The notes beneath the pieces are model-generated. The model did not search any database and was not told the origin of the DNA. It saw nothing but the letters and a program-made list of their open reading frames with translations. This document shows, in pieces, positions 46,001-61,000 of a stretch of 64,000 bases of DNA. The translations under genes and the position numbers were made by a program. Positions within the stretch are counted from its first letter, which is position 1, and the number at the start of each line of letters is the position of its first letter. The stretch comes from Ginglymostoma cirratum (taxonomy: Eukaryota), in NCBI GenBank assembly GCA_024137785.1, contig JAHRHZ010000067.1, positions 6,294,422 through 6,358,421 on the forward strand, in the 5' to 3' direction.

Positions 46001-49000
46001 TACTAACACATTCATACAACGTTGACAAAACCAGCATTTAATGTCCATCACTAATTGTCCTTGAGAAGATGGCAGCAAATTACCTACTTAACAACGGAAT
46101 AGCTTGATAGGGCATTTCACAGACAACCACACTGCCGAGTCTGGAATCAATCCAGGCCAGACTTACAAGGACAGTTTTTTTTTTGGCCAGAAGTCACTGG
46201 TGAATCAGATGGTTTTCATAACAGTCCGGATGGTTTACAGTCACCTCTAGTAATAATAACCTTGTTTGCCAGACTCATAATCCTCAGCTGCCGTAGTGCA
46301 GTAACATAAGCACTACTCCGCAGTAGCCAATAATGTGCAAAAACTCATTATCAACCAAGTTCGGAAGCTCCATTTATACTACAAAAACAAAATTAAACAT
46401 TGAATAAAGAAAACAGAAGTATACAGTAAGCACAAACAAAGCCCATGTTTATGTCCACAGTCTTCCTCAAAAAATATTTCCAAAAGTTTTCCAAAAAGTT
46501 CAAACTAAGTCTACTGTGCACGTTAAATAACAGGAATAACACAGATTATCATTCAATTTAAAATATGGTTTACATAAGTAAACAGTTAAGGACTGTCCAA
46601 ACTCACTTTTTCCATTGTTGTCCACGCTTGCCTTAATGGAGTGGTGAAACAGTCAGGGAGTGGTCCTCCTTCTCTGCAGATATTTGATTCTATTTCTAAT
46701 CGGACAGTATCATCAAATCCTAATGGGTGTGTAGCTTGCAAAGAAAAGTACCTATAAACAAAAAAAAAACACACCGATTAGCTAAGTGGTACTACAGGTT
46801 TGTCTTGCAATTCTACATGATGTAACTTGATAAGCTCGCCCATGTAAAATACAAAAACATAAATGTTACAAGACGACCAGAGGATCAGGGTACCATGGAG
46901 CATTTGTTCTGGTGAGGTTGCATTGACTGCAAAATGGCAACAGAAAGTTTAGCTACCAATTATATGATGCGCTCAAGAGCAGGAGAAGAAACAAACTGGT
47001 GTCCTACACACTCACCATGTATTGAAATGAAACTTGAAGACAAAAAGGGATATACAAAACCTGTAAATTAGATTATGTTATTCATTGAAGTTTTTTTTCC
47101 TAACAGTATAATCCAACGGCATTAGCTCAGTGCTCCCCTTTAACTAAATCAGAAGTCACATTTCCTGCGTACCTCATCCTCTCAACATTATCTTTGATGT
47201 TTTGTTTTATTTTAGGCTTCTTCTACAAAGCTGAACTATAAATTACAATTTTCAACCTGTCATGGTTTCCACACTAAATGTGGTTATTTGTTCTTTCATA
47301 CTTACTTATCATACAAGATCATTGCATCATTCTGTGCTTCTTGACCATCATATTGCCCGCTTTTAGCAGCCAGTTGAGCTTGGAAGTTGTCTGCAGCCAA
47401 CCAAAACTGCAGGATATTTACAGCTTCTTCTTTCTCCATGTACTAGAAAGAAAGTAAGGATTAAGAGTTTAAACCAACCTCACAACCAAATGTTAGTCTG
47501 ATGTGTCAGTCTTACTGAGTGGAGGAAAGCAACCACTTCTGTCAAAACCACCATAGCAAATGAATAACCATAGTGTGCTTTTATTGGTGTTGACTGAAGA
47601 TGTGATGTTAGCTCGGAAAACGTCGAAACTGTCTTCATTTTAAATTGCACTATGGGATCTTTTATTATCCTTTCCAAAGGTGGTTACTTCAACAATGCAG
47701 CACCGCCTGGTTACTGCGACAGTATCTTCCTAGATGTGATCTCACCTCCAAAGACCATAAGATGTGGTAGCCGAAACAGGCCATTTGGCCCATCAAGTCT
47801 GCTCTGCCATTCAATGAGATCATGGCTGATCTGATAAGCCTCAACTCCACTTTCCCACCTTTTCCCCATAAACTCTGATTCCCTTACTAATTAAAAATCT
47901 CTCAACTTTAAATATACTTAATGATCCAGCCTCTCCGGTCTTCTGCAGTAGATAAATTCCACAGATCCACTATCCTCTGAACAAAATAAATCCTCCTTAT
48001 GTCTGTCTTAAATGGGTGGCCCCGATTCCGAGATTATTCCTTCTGATCCTAGACTCTCCCATGATGGGAAACAACCTCCCCTCTTATATTTTGCTTGTAC
48101 CTACAATCTTTGGACTTGTGAGAATGCTAAGACAACACAGACAAACTTGCACAAAAGGTTCAACTTATTTTCAAGGCTTCACACAGAGTAAGGGAAATGT
48201 TAACTGGTTCATCTTGACCTCCTCGACTAGAAACAGTCATGGTAGATATTTGATTGTCGAGGAAAATCTACAGAAAATTGTAAAACTGCAGCAGCCTACA
48301 CTCCACATGCCACAGGAAGTATACACAAATTACTGTTTAAAATGTACCAATTTAATGGATGCAGCAAATCCTATTGGATTTGTTTATAAAATTTGATATT
48401 GTACTGTAGAGAAAAAGTGACAAAATTCTGTTGGGAGTACACCATTCAGGTAGTACTTTGTTCAAAACTATGAAACCAATCGAGATATCACTACGTTTTG
48501 TCCAAATAAGTTCACCATCATGATGCATTTCAAGAGTAATCACTATGAATAAAGTTATATTCTGTCTTCCTTTTACAAAAAGGCATTGACAAACTCCTCT
48601 TGGAACATTTAGCGGTTTGAAGTCACAACTGTCAGATCTTGTCCCCATTCTTCAAACAGTAACACTGCCTCAGACCCGATATTCAGCTACTCCTAATATC
48701 CACCAACCTAAATCAATTTAACTAACAATCCACTCCCTCCACCATCACCCAAACCTTTTCTATCAGCATCTGCACAATTTCCATTCATGACAGTCAAAAG
48801 TTACAGTTTGTTCTTTCATTTTGGGACGGCAGACAATCTCCTTTGAGAACACCATTTGAAACTGCTGCAGGACTGTTCAAGTCTGTAGAAAAGTTACTTG
48901 CTTGTCCTCTTTCAAGCTGTTACTAAAAGAATTCCACAACTTTATGTGGGTTTTCAGTCTGGAAATGTGAGGCTAATCAAGAGTTTCAATGGTCTCTTTG

Positions 49001-52000
49001 AAAAGCTGATTATTTACAAACAATCTGATTATGAAATACCAAAACCATTTTCTTCATGGCCCCTTATGATCAATAAACAAACATTCAACAATCTTAATAG
49101 GAGCTTGAATCTCATGTTTAAACAACTAATGATCTACAACAATTCATGAATTATTGATTTAAGAAAATTATTCACTATGTAAATAGTTGAAGTCACCTCA
49201 AATGTTAAGTTGTGACCTACATCACACCAAGATAATACCAGAAGAAGGCTGCTGACCCTTCGTGTTGGCCTGGAACCTCCAGAAATTATGAGATTAATTT
49301 CCGGGACACTGCTGCAGACAAATCAGGAGAAAAGTATGTGGCAATAACGTGTGTACTTTTTTTCATTTTCTTTGAACACTTCCGTTGATTAGTCATTTTA
49401 AAAGTGCAAATGGTTGAGGCAAAGGAAGGTAAATGTTATTTGACCAAACACAGTAGTTGGGGCAGGTTGTACGATTGAAATTCCCAGAAATATGCTCAGA
49501 CTTGGCATTCCTACACCTGGGAACAAATAAAATCAAACATTCAAGTAGCCACTACTTCCATGATAATATGGAAGATGCACAATAAAAAAATGTATTTTTA
49601 AAAAACTCTATATAAGGCAGAATTACAAAAACAGTTTGACATAAAATTTCATGGAAGCCAAAAAGAATGAGAAAGAATGGTGGCAAATAGATTGTACACT
49701 TGCTCAAATAAATCTGAACACTTATTAAAAATAATTTGCATTATGCAAAAGCATCAAGCAGTTCATTCCCATACCAATGAAGGATTGAATCACTGTGCTG
49801 TTTAACCAATGTCTGGCAAGGAAATTTTCTCCAAAATGGAAAATCTGAAGCCATTATTTAGAAACCTTGCTCAAGACTGAATTTCCTAGATCCTCTCCCG
49901 AGCAACTGAGACTAAACCAATCCGTTCGTAACCTTGGTTTTACATTCGGTTTGGTGAAGTGTTTCCAACTACATATCTCCACAGTTACTAAGACTGCCTA
50001 TTTCCACCTCTGTAATGGCACCCGACTTCACCTGTGCCTCAGCTCATCCATTTATTTAAATTTCTTCTAACTTTAGATTTGACTATTCCAATACACCCTG
50101 CATCGTTCTCACATATTCTATTCTCAGAAAACCTGAGGCCATCCAAAACTTTGCCTCCTCGGTCCTTACTCACAACAGGCCCTGCAACCAGACCCCTTTC
50201 CCTTCTCACCTTTGTGCTTGCTGACCTAAATGAGTTCCTGATCTAGTATAAGGTTATAAACTTTTTATTCTCGTACTCAAATCTCCATCCCACCCTTGGT
50301 TCACTCCTGGCGATCCCTGTAATCTTGTCCAGGCCCAAACCCTCCGATATCTGTGCTGGTCTCTTGGGTAACTTGATTTTAATCACTGGTGGCTGTGCCT
50401 TCAGTTGCTCAGGTCAGAAGCTCTGCAATTCACTCCCTACACACCTCAGTCCTTCCACCTTGCTTTTCTTCCTTAAGGCACTTCTTAAAACCTACCTCCT
50501 TTGACAAAGTTACTGTTGGCCTATGCCTCTGTATGTGGATTGGCATATTTTGTTTTATAATTCTCCTGGCTCTAAATTGTTATAGAATCACTTTTAAGGA
50601 CAGACAACAGGCTAGGTTTTACTATTTTCATGTCAATCTAAAGCAATTTCAAGTTTTAAACACAAAAGTCTGCTTACCATAGAACCGTATAATCCCTATA
50701 GTGTGGAAGCAGGCCATTCGACCTATTGAGTCCACATCAATCCTTTGAGGAGCATCCCACCTAGATCCAAACCCCAACAGTGGCATTCTAAATAACTGAA
50801 GCATGCTCATTACAAATCCCTAAAGAATGATAGTTCAATTTGCCACAAACAAATTCTGTAGGCTCTCACAACCAGCCAGGTACTTATCAATGTGTTAAAA
50901 ACTTTGCACATTTGTGTTGCATCTTACCTCTGAGAAATAGAAGAGTGCTGACTCATTGAAAAGAATATCAGCCAGGTAAACAACACCACTAGTCAACACT
51001 TCAATCTGGTATTTACAAAAATGATGACTCCGTAAAAATTCTGTAAAGTGCCTGCAAAGGAATGAAAAATGAGAAAGGTCTGCTTTCATTTTATATACTG
51101 GGCATCAAACAGCAGATGGTCTTTAAAAAAACCCTTCCCTGTACAAAAATCATACTACAATTAGAAACAGGAGCAGGAAAAGACCATTCAGCCCAGTAAC
51201 CTGCTCCAACATTCAATCAGTTCATTGGCTGATCTGATTGTGGCTTTCATCCCTTTCTTGCCCGATTCCATAATCCTTGAAAATTGCATTAGTGCTTTCC
51301 ACCCTTACTAAAGGAAAACCGCAGTTTTAAAATGCTGCTATCTAAATTATCAAAGATCTTCATGTTATAGAGTCATAACGTCAAGAGTCAGACAGATTTT
51401 CAATTTTTTATCTTCAGCTCACTAACTGTAGCTTATCTTGCAAAATTATCCCTTTGATAATGCAATTTCCTTGGAGGCTGAAAGGTACAATGACTATATA
51501 AAATAAATTGCTAGGGCCTAACAACGGATGGCCCATTATTGTTTACAATGTTCCCATCATGACCCTATCATAAATCTATTGGCAGTGTTGGACCATACAA
51601 AATATCTTGTGTTATAAAACAGCTAAAAAAAGTTGGCAGAGCAGTTACAATAATGAAATGTATCAGTACAGGCCATCTCTATTACTGACCAATGAGTTAA
51701 GTTTCAATGATTTAATGTTAGAATGAATGTCATTAGGTGGCCATTGCTCAAACCTGAGCACTGCTTCCGTTGGGAAAGCTACAATGGACACTGTACTTCC
51801 AACATTAGCAAATACTGGACTAGCAGAAGAATAAATTGAAAATGCTGAAAATAAAGGGATGCTGAATTTTCATGATAAGAAAATGCAGAAAGCACATTTA
51901 AATAGGTTATGCAATTTGCAAACACAAGAAATTTCATACAAACTGAACTCACAAATGGCGATGAAATGGCCAAGTAGCTCACTCCCATTGTACAGAACAG

Positions 52001-55000
52001 AGTTAAGGACATGGAAGTTCAAGTGACATTTCAAATCATTAGAACAGTTCGCACATTCTAAATCCTATACCAGCTCTTACAATGCTTGTAGAGAACAATA
52101 ACTTGCAACAGGATATTTGAATTCCTAGTGATAAATTTAAGGAACCGTGCAAGATTTCAAGTTAAGACTTTTACTGTAACAACTTAAAGAGAACACTGAT
52201 TAGTAAGCAACTAATACCCTAAATTACAGAAATGCCTCCACCCAACTGATAAACCCACAATATAACATACATTAGAGCACATTTCCTACCGATTTGCAGT
52301 CTTTTCAGGATGAGTTTAAAGTCAACCCTAGTTTCTAACGAGTTCATTTTGTCCCATTTCACTGACTAACAATTCTCTCCTGAGTCTAATAATTTCTAGA
52401 CTCATTTCCAGTTGTAAAGCCCACCCTGATAATCTTTTACTTTGCTATGCCAGGGCAAATTTGTGTATTCTTAAATCACTGTGGGTAGTTTCTTTGACTA
52501 CCAAGTTTTCCCCAGCATTAGTTCTGATACCTAACTTGGTAACAAGCATGCCTCTCTCCTGGTTGCTGTTCTCTAATTGAAAAGTGACTGAAATAGACAT
52601 TCTACGTTAACAAAACATCTGTTTTTGCCTTAGTTTCTGCATGTTAAACTTGCCACACGCATTTCAGTAACATCAGGCTTAGGCCCCCAGCCACCATGGG
52701 ACCCAAGGCACAGTGCATTGTAGGATAGAATTGGTAGCAAATTATAGGATTTTCTTCAGTAATTCAAGGAGACAGTACAAAACATAATTATCCTTGTATT
52801 TGAAACAGATAAGTGAATATTGCTATTTCAGATGTTTAGATCATCTTGCTGAATGTCACAACTATCTAAATGCAGAATTTCTGCATGCATTCTCACCCAT
52901 TTAACGTTTTGAAGCATTTTGTAGAAAAGCATTATGATAACTAAGCGTGAACTGGATCAGATGAACTTATGAGAAACAATACAAAATTTTGAGATATAAT
53001 GAATAGATTAGCACGTACAACGGATTGAGAAAAATTGATGGATTTTTCAGAATTTCTCAGCAATTGTGGTGCTAATGTGTACAACAGAGTGATTGTTGCA
53101 CTTCTGAAAAATAAACTATGAAAGAAAAGGCAACATGTGCTATTGAATCTGCTGCTTTCTGATAGAACATGGGAGGGGGGAAGCAAAGTAGACATAGAAA
53201 ATAACAAGGGTGCAAACAGCTGTTGAAATAGCAACACACCTTGCAAGAGCACATGGTAATTTTTTGCTAATGTGATGCAATCTTTAACAAAGATGATGCA
53301 CTATGATGAATGGAACTTACTTTGCACTGAAATTTTGGAATAGCTTAAAGAATAGATTTTAGTTATGGCCCAGCAGCAGTCAGAATGCATAACTCCAGAG
53401 CCCAAATTTTCCTTTTATGTTTAACCACAAGATGGCAATAAATCATCAGTCACAATTTCATCAAGACATTCTTTTCAGTTTATATCTGTCCCCTAAAGAG
53501 TCAACAGGGTGCATCACTCCAGCTGAAATCACACTGTATTCTTAGTGACACGCACAGTCAGCAATTCTATTTGCAGGCAATATCACAGGTAAAAATATGC
53601 CCCACATGCTTGGGGTAGTGTACTGTTCAGGGTAGCAAAGGCAGACTGAAAAGAATCAACTATTTTGACTTGAGCAAGAATATAAAGAAAAGAGTTTTGA
53701 AAATAATTGCCTTCCCTAACGCCCTTGTATTTCAGGAAATACATTTTCATTCTTCCGAACATATGACAGCATGCAGGTTAGTGACAAGCTCAATAAGGTG
53801 CATTGACGTAAAGTGTTTTGACTTTACATTGACTTGAGTTTATTTAGTATGCAAACTCTACAAGACACTGCAGCAGAATTACATTAAGTTATTCTCTACA
53901 GGAATTTCTTTTACACTCAGCTTGGCCTGAGATTCAGATTTCCATTATGCAAGCTATGCATGCTTTGCACCAACACTAATAAAGTCGCACTGACAGTTGC
54001 AATTTCTCAGTTTCTAAACTAGAGTCAGGAATTATCTACTGATGCGACAGTGATCAGTCATCAGAGTCACAAATTTCTGCAATGGGTCCTCAAGTAACTG
54101 AAAAGGTTAATACTTGACCAATATATGTTTGGGCAGGTAGGATGTAACATCCCACTAGCTTGTTCTATCTAAAGTGCAGAATTTTCTCCCCTTTCCTGCC
54201 ACTACCCTGACTTATCAACACTAAGACACAGACTCAAAGTATTATGTAGCTCGATGGACCAGTTGTGGCTGTTCTGAATGATTGGTAGCAAGGTCTTTCA
54301 ATCATTAATGTCAACATTTTCATGCTCCATGGAGAGTTTCAAATGGTCTTTGATCCATTTTCTTTGTCCTGCCCAGGAACATTGGCAATGTGACAGTTGA
54401 GAAAACAGGACTGACAGGGAAGACATTTTTAGCCATCCAGACACTCAGTCCATTGAATGTTTAAGAAGTCTGACCTGAACATTTATGGAGTTTCAGGGCC
54501 ATCTACAGACCAAGATGAAGTGGATAAAATGCTCTTCATTCTCAGGAACATGGTTCTTTTAAGATGATAATGCCATTGTCAACACTGAAAAGAACGTTTT
54601 GAACAATGCCTTGACTGAAAATTCACAACGGCAGCTGATATTCTCCAGACTTTCAGAGTATTGAGACAGAAGCCAGGAACAATCATTGTAGAAAAATGGC
54701 GATAGTGAAGCAAATGGACAAGAAACAACAAAGCCTATGCTCCTAATGGCATCCCAACTGAGATCTAAACTGGAGGTGTTTCCCTCATATCAAGACAAAG
54801 GTAGTAATGTGTATCTTTGTCATGCACTTATATTTATGATCCAATCCACAACAATCTGCAGTGTTGGTTTACAGAACAAATGCAACCAGGAAACTCACTG
54901 GTAAGGTATTATGAAATATTGGTACAACATATTTTACTTTAACTTCACTGTCATCTGATGACATTGAAAGCTATAAAAACAGTTTTTAGTTTTTGTATTT

Positions 55001-58000
55001 TTGATTGTGGATCAAAATGAGAAAGGGACTGTTTTAAGAACTCAAGGATTGTGAAAATAACTTCACATTGTGTTTTTCAAACAGTGGGGGACGTTGAGCT
55101 GCAAGTGAGCTGGAATCAGTGTATACGAATGAGATTTGGCGGGCAACAAGGAGTTGACTGACAATTGGTCACCATTCCACAGAACAATGACAAAGGCCTT
55201 TTGCCTGCCAATAATCTGCTTGGTTCTGTCTGTCAACCAGGGTCCAAAAGGCAGGTAAACTGGGGAATTATGCATATTTTTATAAAATCTTTAACTTTTC
55301 TGATGACATGAGGAATGGCAGGATTTCCAGTGCATTACACCAGTGAGGCACAATATAGTACTGGTTTAAGCCAGCGGGCCATTCCAGAGACTTCTGCATG
55401 AAATGTAGACTGATACATCACACAGTACTGAGGGAGTGCTGCACGGTCTGCTGACATGCCATTTTATGAATGAAACGCTAAACCAAGGATTCCGCCCACC
55501 CACCCCGCTTGATCTGACCTTTCAGGAGACACAAAAGATCCCTTGGTACTACATTAAAAGAAGAACAGGGCATCAGAAAATTACCATGATAGCTACTGGA
55601 TTGTCATAGTACTCCAAGCAGCTCCTGGTACTTCAGGGAAGAGAAGTGGCAGGGATTGCCATTCACATGCTTAAATTTGAAGTTTAGTCCATCCATAACA
55701 ATGAAGTTATTATTAGCAGCAGTGCCATAATATTGTTGGTGGGCGGGTGGAGGGGAGTTGGGATTACAGGCTTTACTGCGAAACTGCATCAGTGGGAATC
55801 CCTCTTCCTTCTCTCCCCAGTCTCAACACGTGGTGAAAGAATGACTTGCTGTCATACATGACAGTCTGTCAATCGCTTCTAATAATGAACTAGACTTCAC
55901 AGCGTAATGGAAATAAAGGGAACAGAAGACACTGGATTTGAGAATGCATTGCATCACAAGTTTTAAAAATTGTGTTTATGTTTAGAATTGAAAAGCCATG
56001 ACAATTTGAGATTTGTATTTGCTTCAGTTAAGTTTAAGCTTCAATAAACAGGAACAAAGATTGCCATAATAGCAGTTATCTCTCTTCACAATGACTTTGT
56101 GATAACTCTTGCATCCCAGTCAGGTGTTTTAGGTAAATGACTGATATCTGAGCTGCCCAAGTCAACAGGCAGTTTGCAAATGACTGGGAAATGACATTTG
56201 CCTAACAATCTCAGTTAAACTTGTTTGTTCTGTACTACTCATTCTATACCGCAGTGTACTTAGGTACCACTAAGCCTGCAGAAATCTTCATTTCAGGTTG
56301 GTTTTTAGTAGACTAGAATGCTGCAAATATATGCACCATTACTAAACAAGTAACATTGCCCCCATAGGTTACCACCGAAAATAGTTTTTACAGGTTTCCT
56401 AATAGTAACACTTTTGTTATACATGCTTATTGGTTATCTGGTTGAGACAAATCCACCTACTCTGGTTGCATATCTATGTCTCAAACTGTATAAGACTTCT
56501 TGTTAGGCCTAACACTTGCCCTTCTCCAATGTTTTACATGTCTCCAACAGGATAAGCTACTAGTATTTTGAAATAATCATTTCCATCATATTTACTCACT
56601 CTTTTTCCATCATTACATATACTACAGCTTGTGCAGAGACAAAACAGTTGGGATCTGCTTGTCCATCTTCTCCACATATCTTAGCTGTTAAGAGAGAAGC
56701 ACATTTGTTTATACCAAAGAAAGGATTTCGGTACTGCAGAACGATACACAACCAGGAAACATTTTATAATTCTGGAGCTAGTGAAAGAGTAGTTTTCTTT
56801 TTAAGACTTTTTTGGGCCATAAAACCAAACACAAACTAAAAGACAGCATTGTGTGAAAGTGAAATTAAAAGTAAAACTGATGTGTCGATTTAGTCACTGT
56901 TAGCTTCCAAGACTTTTGTATACATCCGTCAGTTAATACCTCCAACCACCCAGGATTTCTTGAAAACCAATGAATGAAATTTTGGACGGACATCTCAAAA
57001 GCAAAACGACACTTCTCTCTAAAGCATCAAACAGCTCAATTAACAGGTAGGCAAGTTCAAAATGCAGATGCAACAAAAGGGGCTGTCCTACCTTAGCATC
57101 AGACGAATACTCAACAGGAGGTCATCGATAAAGGGAGAAGCACAGACACTCAATGCCCCTCATTATTTACTCCTATTTCCTCCTTCACATGCTGAGCTTT
57201 GTCATCAGTTTTTTTCTTTGATATTTTCTGTCTAGGCTGTTGGCTGCTTTGTCACTCACCCAACCCCCACCAAAAACTGTTTTCATAAACCTCCGAAAAA
57301 CTCATGTCCTGAAGCCACACAGTATGGAAACAGACCCTTTGGTTCAATGAGTCCATGCCATACATAATCCCAAACTAAACTAGTCCCACCTGCCTGCTTC
57401 TGGCCCATATCCCTCCAAACCTTTCCCATTCATGTATCTATCCAAATGTCTTTTAAACGCCGTAATTGTACCCACATTAACCACTTCCTCAGGAAGTTCA
57501 TCCACATGCAAACCATCCTGTGTAAAAAATTTGCCTCATGTCTTTAATCTCTCTCCTCTCACCTTAAAAATGTACCCCCTAGTCTCAAAATCCCCCATTC
57601 TACAGAAAAGACAACTACCTATCAATACATCTCATTACTTTATAAACTTCTATCATGTCGCCCTCTCAACATCCTAATGGGTCATGAAAAACATCCACTT
57701 TGAGGGCATTGTGACTGGAAACTGACTGAAGTTGTTTTCCCCAGTTGTGACATCAATGAACTTTGTGATATCACACAAAGTGTTTATTCTCACTAACATA
57801 CCAATAACAATAAAGTTCCATAACAAACAACATGCAAGATGGGAAAACTGAATGATTCTGACCCTGTATTTGTTTTTTTAAGGTTACAGAGCAGTTGACT
57901 ACAAATTGCATTCAAAGAGAGACTGCTGCCAAAATGACACTCAGCAGTTCAGTGACAGTGGTCCAATTCTATCTGGCACATCTCCAGGAAGTACATCTGG

Positions 58001-61000
58001 ATAAGATTCACTTCATTTGTAAAGGTGTCCACAGATGAAACACCCAACATTGAATAGTTATGCAAGTCATAGTGACAATAGCAAGACACTGAAAGACCAT
58101 CAACACACGTGGAATAGCAGCCCAGCAACAATCTTGAGTGCCATTAAAAAAGTGGTAACAGGAGGAAAGCTAATGGAAGGAGTGGGGGGAGAAAAAAAGT
58201 TTGTCAGCCTGTTATTTAACTTGCAAAATAAATTGAGTGCTCTTTGTGTCTGAAGGCCAGCTAGTCCCACACCACCTCCCACTTAAAAGAGCAATTCTGG
58301 GAGTTACTTACCTACTATATCATTTCTCATTGCTTCTATAATTGGAATTGGTCTAGAAGCATCTGGTGAAATGTATTTAGTAAATATGTTAACTGCATCA
58401 CGCTCTATACCTGCAGAAAGGAAAACAACCATGAACTTAACTGTTCAAAGTAAAACCCTAGGGTGCATTAACAAATGCATTACAATGTGTTTTCCACAAG
58501 CCTGTTAGTTATGGTGATTGAAATTTTATTGTAAATTGAAGAACACAGGAAACAGAAAGCCTACCTGATCAGCAAATTTCAAATATGCCACACTACAACA
58601 ATATAATTTTGCATGGTGGGTTATAGGAGCACATCATTTGTTATGTATCTTTTGTGAACAGAATCTCATTAGCAAGACTATGAAATCACAGCAGAAACTG
58701 CAATGTACTTCACCAGGCACAAAGGAAATTGCTGCCAAACTTTTAGGAGGTACCTCCCACAATGACCTGCTGCACCAAAGCAATCAGTATTAAATCTATC
58801 ACTGACATTTATTGCCAAATATGGGATTTCCTCTTACGGAGTTATTTTTCTCTCAACTGTCAAAATAATTTTGGATTATTTGGATTTGGCTGTCTTTTGT
58901 AAAATTACTATTGCATATTACATTTCTATGGTGTGCCATGTTTTAAAAAAAACCCTGAAAGTTCCTCAATTCAACAGGGTTAAAATGGCCTTTTCCTGTA
59001 TCTTACTGTTCACCTTCATCCCTAGTTAGGAATTTGCTGGTTATGTATTCATTGTAGGAATCAGAGATTGAAAACTGTGTTACGAGAGTCTGGAGGGTTT
59101 GCAAATGAATACACATAACATACCTCACAAATAGGACATATATAGATGATTTACAACTCTGTGTGTCAGGGTACAAAGCACTCCCTACCCCCACCCCCAA
59201 CCTGCAAATCTGTCTCTGACAAGTTACTGGCAGTAGGTATCAAAATTTGTGAAGGAAATGAAAGACTTCTTTATTGTTCCTATTTCGTGTTTGAAGAATT
59301 TTCAAACATTAGTCTCAAATAATACGCTTCATAACTGATGTCTGCCTTGAGATACCTCCAAGTCAGTCTTTCACATGGATTCCCAACTTCAAGTTAAAGC
59401 TAAATTGTGCACAGTCTTTGATATGAATATTTTACTTTCAAGGATGTGGCTGGGGGTCTGGGTTTGAGGAAGGGTGTAAAGGAGGGAGTGCGTTGTGTAT
59501 GAACCATCCCACAGTTTGCATAACTCTAAGAATTTAAAATCCTGAAATAGGAAATAACAAGATCTGTGGCCTTTCATTAAACTAGGAGAAAGTATAAGTC
59601 TGAATTAATTTTGTTTATTTTTAAAAATTACATCAAATTCTGTATACAAAAATCTCAGCATCCATTTAAATCAGGAGCTTGTACCTTTTATGAAGGATTA
59701 AAGTTAAAAATAATTAAATTTACAATAATGTAACATTTAGAAGAATAATAGACCCTTTATTTAACAAGTGCAGAAACGGATTAAGATAGATTCAGTATTC
59801 AACTTGTCAAATTCTGTGCACTCTGAATGGCTTTGTTATTAATGTTGCTTCTTGGACCTTTATCATGCTTCTTACAGATGCAGACACTGAATTCAAGTAA
59901 ACAACTGGCTGGTTGCCAGAACTGAAGAACTTGTACAATGGAATCAATTTATTCAATAAGTTGAAGAATAGAATGCAAAGTTTTATGCCACATGACTTAT
60001 AGCTTTCTGAATGAAATTTTGTCTTGTAGAATTGTGACAAAAATGGCTTTAAGAGGTATATTTTCCATTTTTTTTAAAAACAGGAGGTTGAATTCAGAGG
60101 TGTGTACTGTCTATTCGAATCCAATAAAGTAAAAGGCTTGAGGCGCCTTGGGCTTTTTTTGCAAAAGGTTGGGACAATAGAAGCAGTTTGAATGGATGAG
60201 GTCCGAATGGAAAGATGCTCCCTCAGAGCCAGGATTTTTAAGTTTTAGTTTTTCAGTAGCAGCTGCTGCTGAGACTTGAAGCTGGATTTGGAAGTACATC
60301 TCTCTCCTTGTTACACACTCTCTTCTCTCTGTATTTTCTCCACTTACTGGAGAATTGACTGAGAATCTATTTTATTGAATTTTGCCTTTGGCCAAGGGTC
60401 TGTTTATGGGGTATTACTACACATTGGAACAGTTGCTCTTTAGTAATTAAAATATTGTTTGGTTAATTTTTTCCAATAGAGTTAATTATTCCAATGTTTT
60501 CTTTCTTTTGTTATATTTTAATTATAGTGTATGAATAAAGTGTGTTTTGCTTCAAATCTGGTAGTTTGAATTGCATCTGGACTGCAACGCCTGGGACTTG
60601 CCTTTACAATAAGGCAAAGTTAGTACCTAGGCTATCTTCTTAATATATTTTGAGGGGGTTTGGTCTGGTCCATATCAACATTTAATTGTCACCTTACCAA
60701 ATTATCATTTTGAGGGCCAGGAATCTGGGGAGGTGGGTGAGGTTTCAGCACTTGTACATTTGACTCTCAAAGAGAAAGGAACAAAAACTTGTAGTTCTTC
60801 TGATAGTCTTCATAGAGTGAGGAACGCTGGCAAGATACTCGAGTGACGTTTCTGCTCTTTTTCAAATGGTGTCTTCGGCTTAAATAAACAGGCATGTTGG
60901 ACGATGGTTTAATAACGTATTCAAAGAGCAGTATTAGCAGCAATGCAGCACCCTCCCACTACTGTCCTGGAATGATAAATGCTCCCAACTTGTTCATGCA

